From Candidatus Eremiobacteria bacterium (GTDB lineage: Bacteria; Vulcanimicrobiota; Vulcanimicrobiia; Vulcanimicrobiales; Vulcanimicrobiaceae): 64,000 bases of DNA. The stretch's first letter is position 1. The number at the start of each line of letters is the position of its first letter. The position numbers were made by a program, and so were the translations under genes. The stretch spans positions 192,001 to 256,000 of the forward strand of contig CAVWUU010000003.1 in NCBI GenBank assembly GCA_963758295.1, read 5' to 3'. The notes under the pieces were generated by a model. The model was given only the letters and a program-made list of their open reading frames with translations, did not search any database and was not told the DNA's origin. Below, in pieces: positions 39,275-48,616 of this stretch.

Positions 39275-39303
39275 AGGCTAACACACACCCTCGGCGCCGT
39301 CAA
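39275..39303 (-). promoter_or_regulatory. sigma70-like promoter of the met operon
   Basis: TTGACG-N17-TAGCCT with TG extension; leader ATG 7 nt downstream. Confidence 0.75.
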
Positions 39304-39338
39304 GTGACGGTGATGGAACTCGTGGGTACCATGCCGTT

Positions 39339-39569
39339 ATGGCACAAGAAAAGTCGGGCGATCATAAGCATCACGAACACGAGCCTACGGCAGCCGAAGC
39401 ATCGCAACGCGCCGCGCAAGAACGGGAGCAGCAGCGAATTCGCGAGTTAAACGATCTCTCTCGTCAAAACCGCGGCGTTGAAAGGGGAGCGACGGACCTT
39501 GCTCCGCACGAAAACATGACGCCGGCGGAAGAACATCGCGCCGGACCCTTACCCGATCAAAAGCGCTAA
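39339..39569 (+). CDS. small hydrophilic hypothetical protein
   Basis: 76 aa, charged; GGGTAC 9 nt upstream. Confidence 0.6.
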   Translation: MAQEKSGDHKHHEHEPTAAEASQRAAQEREQQRIRELNDLSRQNRGVERGATDLAPHENMTPAEEHRAGPLPDQKR

Positions 39570-40048
39570 CAGCGTCGCGCGCGCATGTCGGCGTGCAATT
39601 GCCGGAGGCGATCGGAAACATAGCCGCGTTCGTCTTGCGTCAGCGTTGAATTTTTCAGTTCGGCGCTTTCGTACGCGATCATCGACTTGTCTGCATCGCA
39701 CGATCCATAGTAGATGTGAGGGACGGCAAATGCGCCCTGTGCGAGCGGCGCCGCAGAAAAGGGTGCGCCGGCGCTGGAATTCGGAATCAGCGGAGGCGGC
39801 GTCGGTGCGCCGGGCGGTTTAGATATGAGCGGCCGCGTATTGATCCGGTACTGCAGCTCCGAAATCTGCTCTTGAATCGCTAACCGCTGTTGCTGCGAAA
39901 CGCCCGGTTGCGTCAACTGGTACTGAAGTTGCGCGATCGTCTGCCGGTCGACGGTTGACTGCGGCAGCGTTTGGGCGGTTGCTATGGCCGGCGTCAGAGC
40001 TGCCGATAGCATGACTATTCGGGCAAGGTGCGCGGCATCGAGAATCAT
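39566..40048 (-). CDS. hypothetical secreted protein
   Basis: Signal peptide ..IATA-Q; Gln/Pro-rich. Confidence 0.6.
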   Translation of the reverse strand: MILDAAHLARIVMLSAALTPAIATAQTLPQSTVDRQTIAQLQYQLTQPGVSQQQRLAIQEQISELQYRINTRPLISKPPGAPTPPPLIPNSSAGAPFSAAPLAQGAFAVPHIYYGSCDADKSMIAYESAELKNSTLTQDERGYVSDRLRQLHADMRARRC

Positions 40049-40159
40049 GTTTTAGTATACCCGTCAGCGAAGCGAACGCCGCGCAACTTCAGCGGCTACG
40101 TAGTTCGACCAATTCGCCGCCATCGTTCCACTTCAACAGGTACGAAAAAGCAGCTTTTT

Positions 40160-41161
40160 TCAACTGAACGGAAGATTCGGATCGGCCGAGAGCGTTAAGG
40201 GATCGGCCAACACGCTGTTGTCTTGATACGAGGCGACCGCGGCAATCATCGCGGCATTGTCCGTGCAGTATTTCGGCGGCGGTATAAACGCCGGTACGCC
40301 GTTGCGGACGCTCCACCGGCGCAGGGCATCTTGCAGTGCGGAGTTAGCCGCGACGCCGCCCGAAAGAACGACGGCGCGGTAAGAGGCGGCCGCGAACGCG
40401 CGATCGATTCTTGCAATCAAAACGTCGATGACCGCGGCTTGGAATGATGCCGCGACGTCTTCGGGCTTCGCATCGCGGCCTGCATCCGATTCTAGGAAGT
40501 AGCGTACCGAAGTCTTCAATCCGGAGAAGCTGAGATCGAGCGTACCCGGATCGGGACGATGTCGAGGAAACGCGTAGGCCGTTGCATTCCCGTTTTGCGC
40601 CAAACGATCCAAGTGCGGGCCGCCCGGATAGGGCAGTCCCAGCAATCGCGCCGTTTTGTCGTACGCTTCACCCGCCGCATCGTCCCGCGTGCGTCCGATA
40701 ATGCGCATAGCTTGCGGCGAGTGCACTTCGACCAGTTGCGAATGACCGCCGGAAACGAGCAGTGCGAGAAACGGAAACGGCGGTGCCTCTTTGCGGTCCA
40801 AGAAGGCGGCGAAGATGTGTCCGTGAAGATGATTCACGGCGTAAAGCGGTTTCTCGAGTGCGAAAGCGAGCGCTTTAGCTGCAGCTACGCCCACAACCAG
40901 GCTTCCGATCAACCCCGGTCCGCGGGTAACGGCGATGCCGTCGAGGTCTTGGAATGGCGTTCGCGCGCGCTCTAACGCGTCTTCCACCGCAGCAGAAAGC
41001 AACGCGACGTGTTGCCGGCTGGCGATTTCGGGAACGATGCCGCCGTACTTGGCGTGAAACGTGTCTTGATTGGTCGATACGCTGGCAAGGACTTCACGTC
41101 CGTCGCGAACCACGGCCGTCGCCGTATCGTCGCACGACGTTTCTATTCCAAGCAGAAGCAT
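40160..41161 (-). CDS. tsaD: tRNA N6-adenosine threonylcarbamoyltransferase
   Basis: LGIETSCDDT, GGIVPEIASRQH, NHLHGH, SGGHS, DDAAGEAYDK, CTDNAAMI. Confidence 0.96.
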   Translation of the reverse strand: MLLLGIETSCDDTATAVVRDGREVLASVSTNQDTFHAKYGGIVPEIASRQHVALLSAAVEDALERARTPFQDLDGIAVTRGPGLIGSLVVGVAAAKALAFALEKPLYAVNHLHGHIFAAFLDRKEAPPFPFLALLVSGGHSQLVEVHSPQAMRIIGRTRDDAAGEAYDKTARLLGLPYPGGPHLDRLAQNGNATAYAFPRHRPDPGTLDLSFSGLKTSVRYFLESDAGRDAKPEDVAASFQAAVIDVLIARIDRAFAAASYRAVVLSGGVAANSALQDALRRWSVRNGVPAFIPPPKYCTDNAAMIAAVASYQDNSVLADPLTLSADPNLPFS

Positions 41162-41198
41162 TGCCGTTCTTATGGCGTTGCGGGGTTGGGAACCCTGC

Positions 41199-41585
41199 TT
41201 AGGTGCGCGCGCTTTCCGCGCCGAGGCGCCATAAGCAAAGCAACAAGGCGACGAGCCCCGCAGCCGCGACAAACGGTGACCAGAGCAGGCCGGTAAGCAT
41301 GAAAACGCAGCTCAGTGCCACTAAGATCGGCCAGGCGCTTTCGATAGTGAAGATGCCGAGATCTTCGCCGGCTGCCGCGGGCGCAAGCATATCTTGGCGA
41401 TCGCCGTCCAAATTCGCGTTTCTTTCCGCGATCACGGCGTAGCCGGCCGTGAACGTGAGAGCTGCCGTCATGATGCCGAGGAGCATCGTTCCCGTCGCTT
41501 CTTCGTGCGCGACGAACCAGTAAGCCACCCCTATCACGACGCCGAAAATCGCCGAGCTGATAAAAAGCTGAACGAAGGTCTTCAT
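41199..41585 (-). CDS. ctaF: cytochrome c oxidase subunit IV, actinobacterial CtaF-like
   Basis: Four hydrophobic segments, GEDLGIF..SAWP; coupled to subunit I. Confidence 0.75.
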   Translation of the reverse strand: MKTFVQLFISSAIFGVVIGVAYWFVAHEEATGTMLLGIMTAALTFTAGYAVIAERNANLDGDRQDMLAPAAAGEDLGIFTIESAWPILVALSCVFMLTGLLWSPFVAAAGLVALLLCLWRLGAESART

Positions 41586-43153
41586 GCCTTCGCGCCGTGC
41601 TTCATGTCCCACACGGGCCGTTCGCTTCGAATCGGCGGAATGGATGTGAAGTTAAATTCCGGCGGCGGTGACGACGTAGCCCATTCGAGCGTGTAAGCAT
41701 CCCAAGGGTTGGCGGAAACCGCTTCGTTCTTCCATGCCGAGAGCCAAACGTTTATGAAGAACAGCGCGACGCCGAACGCCATGATCAACGCGCCTATGCT
41801 GGCCACGGCGTTCAGCGCCGGCAAGTGCTCGTAGGCGGGATACGTGTAAACACGGCGCGCCATGCCTTCCATGCCCATGAACGCCATGGGGAAGAACGTC
41901 GTATTGAAACCTATGAAGAGCAGCGCAAAGCACCACTTGCCGAGCCGCTCGTTCAACTGCACGCCGAAGATCTTTGGGAACCAGAAGAAGAGCGCCGCAA
42001 AGATCGCAAATAGACTTCCGCCGCCGATCGTGTAGTGGAAATGATGCACGATGAAGTAACTGTCATGCGCTTGATAATCGATCGGCGGTGAAGCAACCAT
42101 TACGCCGGTGATGCCGCCGACGAGAAAATTTAACATGAAGCCGATCGCAAACCACATTGCGGTGGTGAGCCGGATCGAGCCCTTCCACATGGTGCCGATC
42201 CAATTGAAGAACTTGATGCCGGTCGGAACGGCAATGAGAAACGACACGGCGGAGAAAAACGGATTGCTTACGGCACCGGTCGTGAACATGTGATGCGCCC
42301 AAACGCCGATCGAAAGCCCGGCGATCGCAAAGGCGGAAAGGACCAGTCCTAGATAACCGAACACGGGCTTTCCGGAGAACGTCGCGACGACTTCGGTGAT
42401 GACTCCGAAATACGGCAGGATCATGACGTAGACTTCCGGATGCCCGAAGAACCAGAACAGATGCTGGTAGAGGATCGGATTGCCGCCGAATGCCGGATCG
42501 AAGAAGTGTCCGCCGAGATGCCGGTCGATCAGGACCATCGCGAACACGCACGCGAGCGATGGAAAAGCCATCAAAATCAAGACGGCCGTCGCCACGATTT
42601 CCCAGGTGAAGATCGGCAAACGCCACATCGTCATGCCGGGTGCACGGAAGAGAAAGACCGTTACCATCAGGTTGATCGCCGTGAGAATTGTCGAGATGCT
42701 CGCAAGCAGCAGCCCGATAAACCACAAATCTTGACCGGCGCCGGTCCCTTCGGCGATTTCCGATAGCGGAGCGTAAGAGGTCCATCCGGTCGCAGCCGCG
42801 CCCCCATAGGCCGCGAGACCGCAGAAAACCGTAATGCCTCCGATAATGAAAAGCCACAGCGACGTCGCGTTCAAACGCGGGAACGCCATGTCCGGAGCGC
42901 CGATCTGCAGCGGCACGAGAAAGTTCGCCAAGCCAAGTCCGAACGGCGCGACCACAAAGAAGATCATGGCCGTGCCGTGCAGCGTGAAGATTTGATTGTA
43001 GAGATGCGGCGGAATCGCCGTGTTGTCAGGACGTGCGAGCTGCCAGCGAATCATCATCGATAGAATCCCGGCAATAACGAAAAACGTCATCGTCGAGACG
43101 ATGTATAAAATCCCGATCTTCTTGTGATCGGTCGCGGTGAGCCAAGCAATCAC
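41582..43153 (-). CDS. ctaD: heme-copper oxidase subunit I (A1 type)
   Basis: TDHKKIG, PDMAFPRLN, WFFGHPEVY, VWAHHMF, PTGIK, HFHY. Confidence 0.96.
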   Translation of the reverse strand: MIAWLTATDHKKIGILYIVSTMTFFVIAGILSMMIRWQLARPDNTAIPPHLYNQIFTLHGTAMIFFVVAPFGLGLANFLVPLQIGAPDMAFPRLNATSLWLFIIGGITVFCGLAAYGGAAATGWTSYAPLSEIAEGTGAGQDLWFIGLLLASISTILTAINLMVTVFLFRAPGMTMWRLPIFTWEIVATAVLILMAFPSLACVFAMVLIDRHLGGHFFDPAFGGNPILYQHLFWFFGHPEVYVMILPYFGVITEVVATFSGKPVFGYLGLVLSAFAIAGLSIGVWAHHMFTTGAVSNPFFSAVSFLIAVPTGIKFFNWIGTMWKGSIRLTTAMWFAIGFMLNFLVGGITGVMVASPPIDYQAHDSYFIVHHFHYTIGGGSLFAIFAALFFWFPKIFGVQLNERLGKWCFALLFIGFNTTFFPMAFMGMEGMARRVYTYPAYEHLPALNAVASIGALIMAFGVALFFINVWLSAWKNEAVSANPWDAYTLEWATSSPPPEFNFTSIPPIRSERPVWDMKHGAKA

Positions 43154-43806
43154 GGCGTCACGGCTCCGTTCGAAGCGATGTAACGGTCGAACGCTTTGCC
43201 GGGAACCACCTTGACCTCGAAAGACATTAGCGCATGATCCAATCCGCAGAATTGCGCGCAACGGGAAACAAACGTTCCCAGCCGGTTCGGAGTGAGATCG
43301 AAGCGATTGATCATCCCCGGAATGGCGTCGCGTTTGAAGAGGAAGTCGGGAATCCAGAACGAGTGATTGACGTCCGCCGTGCGAAGCGCGATTTCGGTGG
43401 TGCGGCCGAGGGGCAAATAAAGGGTCGGCGGGTGCAACGGCTGACCGGCGACGCGAATACTTGATCCGGGGTACTCGAACTCCCAGGACCAGCGAAAAGC
43501 GGTCACATCGACAATTGATTGCGGGTGGGCCGAAACCGCGTCGACCGATAGCTCATGCGTGTACGTATAGACAAACAGGCCGATAACGATGAGCAACGGG
43601 ATGATGACGGATATGATTTCAAGGGGTGGATTGCCGTTGAAATTTGCCGCTTCGCGTCCGGCTTTTTGCCGCCATAGCACAAGCGGAAGGAGGATCAAGA
43701 CGTATACAATCAGTGCGACGACCGCTGCGGCCGCGATAAAAACGTACCAATCATCGCGCATCGTCAGGCCCTGGGCGGACGCCGGATGAAGCAACAAGTG
43801 CATCAT
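43150..43806 (-). CDS. ctaC: cytochrome c oxidase subunit II (CuA)
   Basis: WSWEFEY, DVNHSFWIP, CAQFCGLDHALM. Confidence 0.92.
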   Translation of the reverse strand: MMHLLLHPASAQGLTMRDDWYVFIAAAAVVALIVYVLILLPLVLWRQKAGREAANFNGNPPLEIISVIIPLLIVIGLFVYTYTHELSVDAVSAHPQSIVDVTAFRWSWEFEYPGSSIRVAGQPLHPPTLYLPLGRTTEIALRTADVNHSFWIPDFLFKRDAIPGMINRFDLTPNRLGTFVSRCAQFCGLDHALMSFEVKVVPGKAFDRYIASNGAVTP

Positions 43807-43861
43807 CTGCTCCCTTACCCACAGGACGAGTAAAAAACGCGCGTCTCGGGTACCTACGAAC

Positions 43862-44455
43862 GTGTCCAGCAGCGTAAGGAATGACGTTCGTCACCGGTTA
43901 GCTCCGCTGCCGGTTCGGGCGCATCCGCTCGTCCTCGGAGTCGTCCTGTTTTTAGCGTCGGAACTGATGTTCTTTGCGGCGCTCTTCGCTTCGTATTTCA
44001 GTCTTCGTGCTAACAGAACGGCGTGGCCGCCGCCCGGCGTTCACCTCGATCCCATTGAAGCAAGCTTTGGAACCTTGTTGTTACTTTTATCGAGCGTTGT
44101 CATGGTGCTTACAACGCGCGCAATGGACCGGGGACGCGTGCAAGCCGCTCGTTGGTGGACCGCGACCGCAATACTTTGCGCAGTTGCTTTTGTGGCAGTT
44201 TCGCTGCACGGCTATTTCAAGAATTCCTTTACGATCGCGACGAATGCCTATGGTTCGATCTATTACGCGATGACCGGATTTCATTTATTGCACGTGACGG
44301 CGGGGATCGGGTTGTTGCTTGCGCTCCTCGTAGGCTTGCAAAGTCCGGCGTTGCGCGTGAACCATCGTGCCGGTGCCGAAGCAATGACGTACTACTGGCA
44401 TTTCGTCTTCATTGTATGGGTCGGCATCTGGGGAACGATTTACTTTATCCGATGA
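43862..44455 (+). CDS. ctaE: cytochrome c oxidase subunit III
   Basis: FLASELMFFAALF, TGFHLLHV, YYWHFV. Confidence 0.9.
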   Translation: MSSSVRNDVRHRLAPLPVRAHPLVLGVVLFLASELMFFAALFASYFSLRANRTAWPPPGVHLDPIEASFGTLLLLLSSVVMVLTTRAMDRGRVQAARWWTATAILCAVAFVAVSLHGYFKNSFTIATNAYGSIYYAMTGFHLLHVTAGIGLLLALLVGLQSPALRVNHRAGAEAMTYYWHFVFIVWVGIWGTIYFIR

Positions 44456-45261
44456 CTGCGAAAGACCGATGGATCGCCGCATCTTTGATCGCCGCTATCG
44501 CCGGGAGCGTGCTGTTTATCGTCGCTTACGCGACGGGCGGAGATCGTTTGTACGAAGGGCTCGCTCTTGCGTTCGCTTCGGCCGGTTTCGCGGCTGCGGC
44601 GGCCGGCTGGGCATTTTGGATTTTGCCGCCGGAAGAAGTGGTGGACCAACGAAGCAACTATCCGTCGCCGCCGGCCGATCGTTTCGCCCAAAGCGGCGAA
44701 ATTGCGACCGCCGAGCGGGAAATTACACGCCGCCGGGTCTTAACGCGCTTGCTCTACGCGGCGCTCGGCGCGTTCGGCTTAGCGTTGATCGTGCCGATCC
44801 GTTCGCTCGGCAACGGCCCGGGCAACACCCTGTTTCACACCAAGTGGCGCCGCGGTTTACGCCTTACACGGGAAGACGGCCGGTTTATCCACGTAAGCGA
44901 ACTCAACGTCGATTCCGTAGTAACCGTCTTTCCGCAAAACGCGGTTCAAGACTCGCAGTCGCAGACGCTTTTGATTCGCTTGCCCGAATCGATCGAAGGC
45001 ACCGCACAAGGCTATATTGCCTACTCAAAAATCTGCACGCACGCCGGCTGTCCCGTCGCGCTTTATCGCGCGAGCGCCAAAGAACTGATGTGTCCGTGCC
45101 ATCAGTCGATTTTCAACGTAACGGGAGACGGCGCGGTCGTTTCCGGACCGGCAGATCATGCCTTGCCGCGACTCCCGATCGAGGTCGACGGCGACGGCTA
45201 TATCGTCGCGAGCGGAGATTTTCCGGAACCGGTCGGACCCGGATTTTGGGAGCGCGGATAA
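44452..45261 (+). CDS. qcrA: Rieske iron-sulfur subunit of bcc complex
   Basis: CTHAGC, CPCHQS, GPA..LP; N-terminal membrane helices. Confidence 0.9.
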   Translation: MTAKDRWIAASLIAAIAGSVLFIVAYATGGDRLYEGLALAFASAGFAAAAAGWAFWILPPEEVVDQRSNYPSPPADRFAQSGEIATAEREITRRRVLTRLLYAALGAFGLALIVPIRSLGNGPGNTLFHTKWRRGLRLTREDGRFIHVSELNVDSVVTVFPQNAVQDSQSQTLLIRLPESIEGTAQGYIAYSKICTHAGCPVALYRASAKELMCPCHQSIFNVTGDGAVVSGPADHALPRLPIEVDGDGYIVASGDFPEPVGPGFWERG

Positions 45262-46625
45262 TGGTCGAGCGATTCTTCTTGTGGATCGACGATCGCTTAG
45301 GAACCGCGCATTTTGTGCGAAAGGCCTTGCGCAAAGCCTTTCCCGACCATTGGTCGTTCATGCTCGGCGAGATCAACGTCTACTGCTTTCTCGTCCTCGT
45401 CGCCACCGGAACCTTTCTGGCGCTTTTTTTTAATGACTCCTCTTCCAACGTAACCTACAACGGCCCGTACTTGCTGCTCGACGGCGTGAAGATGTCGGAG
45501 GCATTTGCTTCGACGATGCGCTTGAGCTTCGAAGTTAACGCCGGTTTGCTGATCCGTCAGGTGCACCATTGGGCGGCCTTGGTGTTTGTGGCCGGAATCA
45601 TTACGCACATGGCGCGGATCTTTTTCACCGGCGCCTTTCGTAAGCCGCGCGAGATCAACTGGGTGATCGGCGTGGCCTTGTTTGTCCTTGCGATGGGTGC
45701 AGGCTTCACCGGCTATTCCTTGCCGGACGATCTGCTGAGCGGAACGGGGTTACGAATTGCCGATTCGGTGATGTTATCCATTCCGTTCGTCGGGACGTGG
45801 GCGTCTTTCTTGTTGCTCGGGGGAGCGTTTCCGACGGAGCAGATGATCTCGCGGCTCTTCGTCACGCATGTGTATCTGCTCCCCGCTGCGATAGCGACGT
45901 TGATCGGGTTGCACGTTTCAATTCTTTGGCGGCAGAAACACACGCAGTTTCCGGGGCCGGGAAAAACCGAAACAAACGTCGTTGGATCGCCCCTGTTTCC
46001 AAAGTATGCGGCGAAGTCGCTCGCGTTGATGGCGGCCACCGTTGCAGTACTTTTAGCGCTTGGGGCGCTCGTGCAAATCAATCCGATCTGGCTTTACGGT
46101 CCGTACGAGCCGTGGCAAGTGCTGAGTCCGGCACAGCCGGACTGGTACGTCGGCTGGCTCGACGGTGCGCTACGGTTAGGACCGCCCGTCGCAATGCATC
46201 TTTTCGGCCACACGATTCCGTCGCCGTTTTGGGTCGGGGCGTTGCTGCCGGGCATCCTCTTCGCATTGTTGCTGTGCTGGCCGTGGATCGAAGGGGCGTT
46301 CGGCCGCGACCGGCGCGATCATAATCTCCTGGATCGGCCGCGAGATAACCCCCTGCGCACCGCTATCGGCGTCGCGCTCTTTCTTTTTGCGCTCGGTCTC
46401 ACCTTAGCCGGAAGCGGCGACGTTCAGGCCCGGTACGTTCACGAGTCGATCACGACGATCACGCAGATTTACCGCTTGTTCTGCATCCTGGCGCCGATCG
46501 CGGGATTTATTTTGACGTACGCGTTTGCAAACGAACTGCGGGCGCGAAGCGGCGTGCAAAAGGCCCCGCGCGTGAGGCTGCGGCGAAACGCTGAAGGCGG
46601 CTTCGAAGAGGAACCACTCGCATGA
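45261..46625 (+). CDS. qcrB: cytochrome b subunit of bcc complex
   Basis: FPDHWSFMLGE, RQVHHWAA, GYSLPDDLLSG, QPDWY. Confidence 0.93.
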   Translation: MVERFFLWIDDRLGTAHFVRKALRKAFPDHWSFMLGEINVYCFLVLVATGTFLALFFNDSSSNVTYNGPYLLLDGVKMSEAFASTMRLSFEVNAGLLIRQVHHWAALVFVAGIITHMARIFFTGAFRKPREINWVIGVALFVLAMGAGFTGYSLPDDLLSGTGLRIADSVMLSIPFVGTWASFLLLGGAFPTEQMISRLFVTHVYLLPAAIATLIGLHVSILWRQKHTQFPGPGKTETNVVGSPLFPKYAAKSLALMAATVAVLLALGALVQINPIWLYGPYEPWQVLSPAQPDWYVGWLDGALRLGPPVAMHLFGHTIPSPFWVGALLPGILFALLLCWPWIEGAFGRDRRDHNLLDRPRDNPLRTAIGVALFLFALGLTLAGSGDVQARYVHESITTITQIYRLFCILAPIAGFILTYAFANELRARSGVQKAPRVRLRRNAEGGFEEEPLA

Positions 46626-47323
46626 GAACGCGGTATCGAAACGTCCTCTGCGCCGTGCTTGCTGCGGCTATCGCGGCGGCGGTCTTGACGCCGTCGTTCG
46701 ATGCGTTGTGCGACCGTTCTTTCGCGTGGCACATGACGCAGCACCTCGTCTTATTCTTCATCGTGCCGTTTCTCGTGCTGCTTGCCGATCCGTTCCACGC
46801 CGTGTTGGCTATTGCGGGAAAGCGGCGCACCGCCGCACTCGTCCGTTTCACGGAACCACTGCGTGCCTTGGCATCGCCGCCCGTAGCGCTCGTGCTGTTC
46901 GTCGGGGCGTTGTGGTCCGTGCATTTTTCGCCTTTGTACGAAGCCTCGCTCGAAAATGAATGGGTGCACGTTCTCGAGCATATAGCGTTCGTAATGGCCG
47001 GAACGATTTTTTGGCTTCCGGTTCTTGCGCCGCCGCCCGTACGGCCCGTTCCGTTTCCGGTCCGCTTGTTCTACTTGATGATCGCATTGCCGCAAGGAGC
47101 TTTGCTTGCGGTGGCAATCGACAGTGCGCGTGCGCCGTTGTACGAACATTACGCGCGGATCAGCGGCGCCGCGGCTGCGCTGAGCGACCAAAGCAATGCC
47201 GCCGCAGTGATGTGGATCGGCGGCGGAATGATGGTGTTCGCTGCGTTCATCGCGACCGCGGCGGCGTGGGGCGCACGAGAACGGCGGGCATTGAACGGAC
47301 GCCTCCCTGGAGAACCGGCATGA
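46622..47323 (+). CDS. caa3-type CtaG cytochrome oxidase assembly protein
   Basis: WHMTQHL, HVLEH, DQ..AA.VMW. Confidence 0.8.
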   Translation: MRTRYRNVLCAVLAAAIAAAVLTPSFDALCDRSFAWHMTQHLVLFFIVPFLVLLADPFHAVLAIAGKRRTAALVRFTEPLRALASPPVALVLFVGALWSVHFSPLYEASLENEWVHVLEHIAFVMAGTIFWLPVLAPPPVRPVPFPVRLFYLMIALPQGALLAVAIDSARAPLYEHYARISGAAAALSDQSNAAAVMWIGGGMMVFAAFIATAAAWGARERRALNGRLPGEPA

Positions 47324-47376
47324 AGTTGACGCCGATCTTCAAGAGCATCCCGGCTCAGCGCTGCATGCGTTCACGC

Positions 47377-47730
47377 CTATAGCGATTGGACGTAGGCCGC
47401 AACGTCACGCACTTCGTTGCGACTAAGAACTTTGGGATACAGGTGAGGCATCGGCGGTTGAGGATCTCGAATCCACGAAACGGTCGCGGCATAATCCATG
47501 CGCGTGTCTTCGTGGCGAAGCGACGGGGCAACAGTTCCGCCTTCGACGCCGGTCGCGCCGTGGCACGTTGCGCAATTGTTCTGATAAACGAGCTTACCGT
47601 TTTCCTTATCGCCGTTTATTACTGCGCCCGGTGTGGCTGCCGTCGTATTCGTTTTCTCGCTTACGGCCGGCGCACATGCCGTCAGTAACGCGGCGATTGC
47701 GGCTCCCGCGCATAGAGGCAAGATTCGCAT
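47377..47730 (-). CDS. monoheme cytochrome c lipoprotein
   Basis: LTAC lipobox, CATCH, PPMP distal Met. Confidence 0.88.
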   Translation of the reverse strand: MRILPLCAGAAIAALLTACAPAVSEKTNTTAATPGAVINGDKENGKLVYQNNCATCHGATGVEGGTVAPSLRHEDTRMDYAATVSWIRDPQPPMPHLYPKVLSRNEVRDVAAYVQSL

Positions 47731-47776
47731 GCCAATCCTCCCGACGCGTTTTACCCAGAACCGGGTAAAAGCTCAA

Positions 47777-48499
47777 GTGATGAAGCCGGCGGCGGGCATT
47801 CTCTTTGCATGGGCGATTGTCGCGGCGCCAATCTTCGTTGCGGCGCAACCGCAGAGCGGACGGGCGCTCTACGAGCAAAACTGCGCGTCCTGTCACGGCG
47901 AGAAAGGCAAGGGATCGAGCCTTGCGCCGTCGTTGATTGATGTGCGCGCATCGGATATCCATTTGATGCTTGATACCGGGCGGATGCCGGCCGCCGAGCC
48001 CTACGCTAACGAAATCCACACCTCGCCGCGCTTCTCGCAAGAGGAGATGGGCGTAATCGTCGATTACGTGCAATCGTTCTCGGCTTCTCCCGATCGGTCG
48101 CTGCCGGTTCTTGGTGCAGGAAACGTAACGCGGGGTCGAGCGCTTTTTGCGGAAAATTGTGCGCACTGTCATGGAGTCACGGGAAATGGCGCGTCCGTCG
48201 GGGCGGCCAACGTTGCGCCGTCGTTAATGCATGCGACGGTGTTTCAAGTTGCCGAAGCAATTCGCGGCGGTCCGGAAAATATGCCGCGATTCGGCCCCGA
48301 CGTTCTCACTAATCGCGACGTTTCCGACATTGCCCGCTACGTGAACTACATGCAGACGCAAGCCGAAGTGCCGAAAGGCGAAAATGCAGGCGGCTTCTCA
48401 CTTGCCCATGTAGGGCCCGTTGCCGAAGGCTTCATTGCTTGGTTCTTTGGCCTCGGCGCACTGGCACTGTTTGTGCGGCGGATCGGAACAACCACCTAA
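47777..48499 (+). CDS. qcrC: diheme cytochrome c subunit of bcc complex
   Basis: CASCH and CAHCH, TGRMP, GPENMP, GPVAEG plus C-terminal membrane helix. Confidence 0.88.
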   Translation: MMKPAAGILFAWAIVAAPIFVAAQPQSGRALYEQNCASCHGEKGKGSSLAPSLIDVRASDIHLMLDTGRMPAAEPYANEIHTSPRFSQEEMGVIVDYVQSFSASPDRSLPVLGAGNVTRGRALFAENCAHCHGVTGNGASVGAANVAPSLMHATVFQVAEAIRGGPENMPRFGPDVLTNRDVSDIARYVNYMQTQAEVPKGENAGGFSLAHVGPVAEGFIAWFFGLGALALFVRRIGTTT

Positions 48500-48616
48500 C
48501 GCACGAGTGTTTGCCGAGAAACACTTTTCATTATTAAGAACTGCAACGGGTATAGAGTAACTACCGGAAATTTCGCGATTTTCAGCGGAATCTTTTTTAT
48601 GCGGGAGCCATTCTAA

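Noticed and set aside
39083..39303. SAM-I riboswitch or T-box upstream of hom
   Set aside because: No ATCxAGAG..GAGGGA..GGCAACC..GTGC core and no GGTGGxACC T-box seen by eye; the leader-peptide model fits better. An Rfam scan is still needed.
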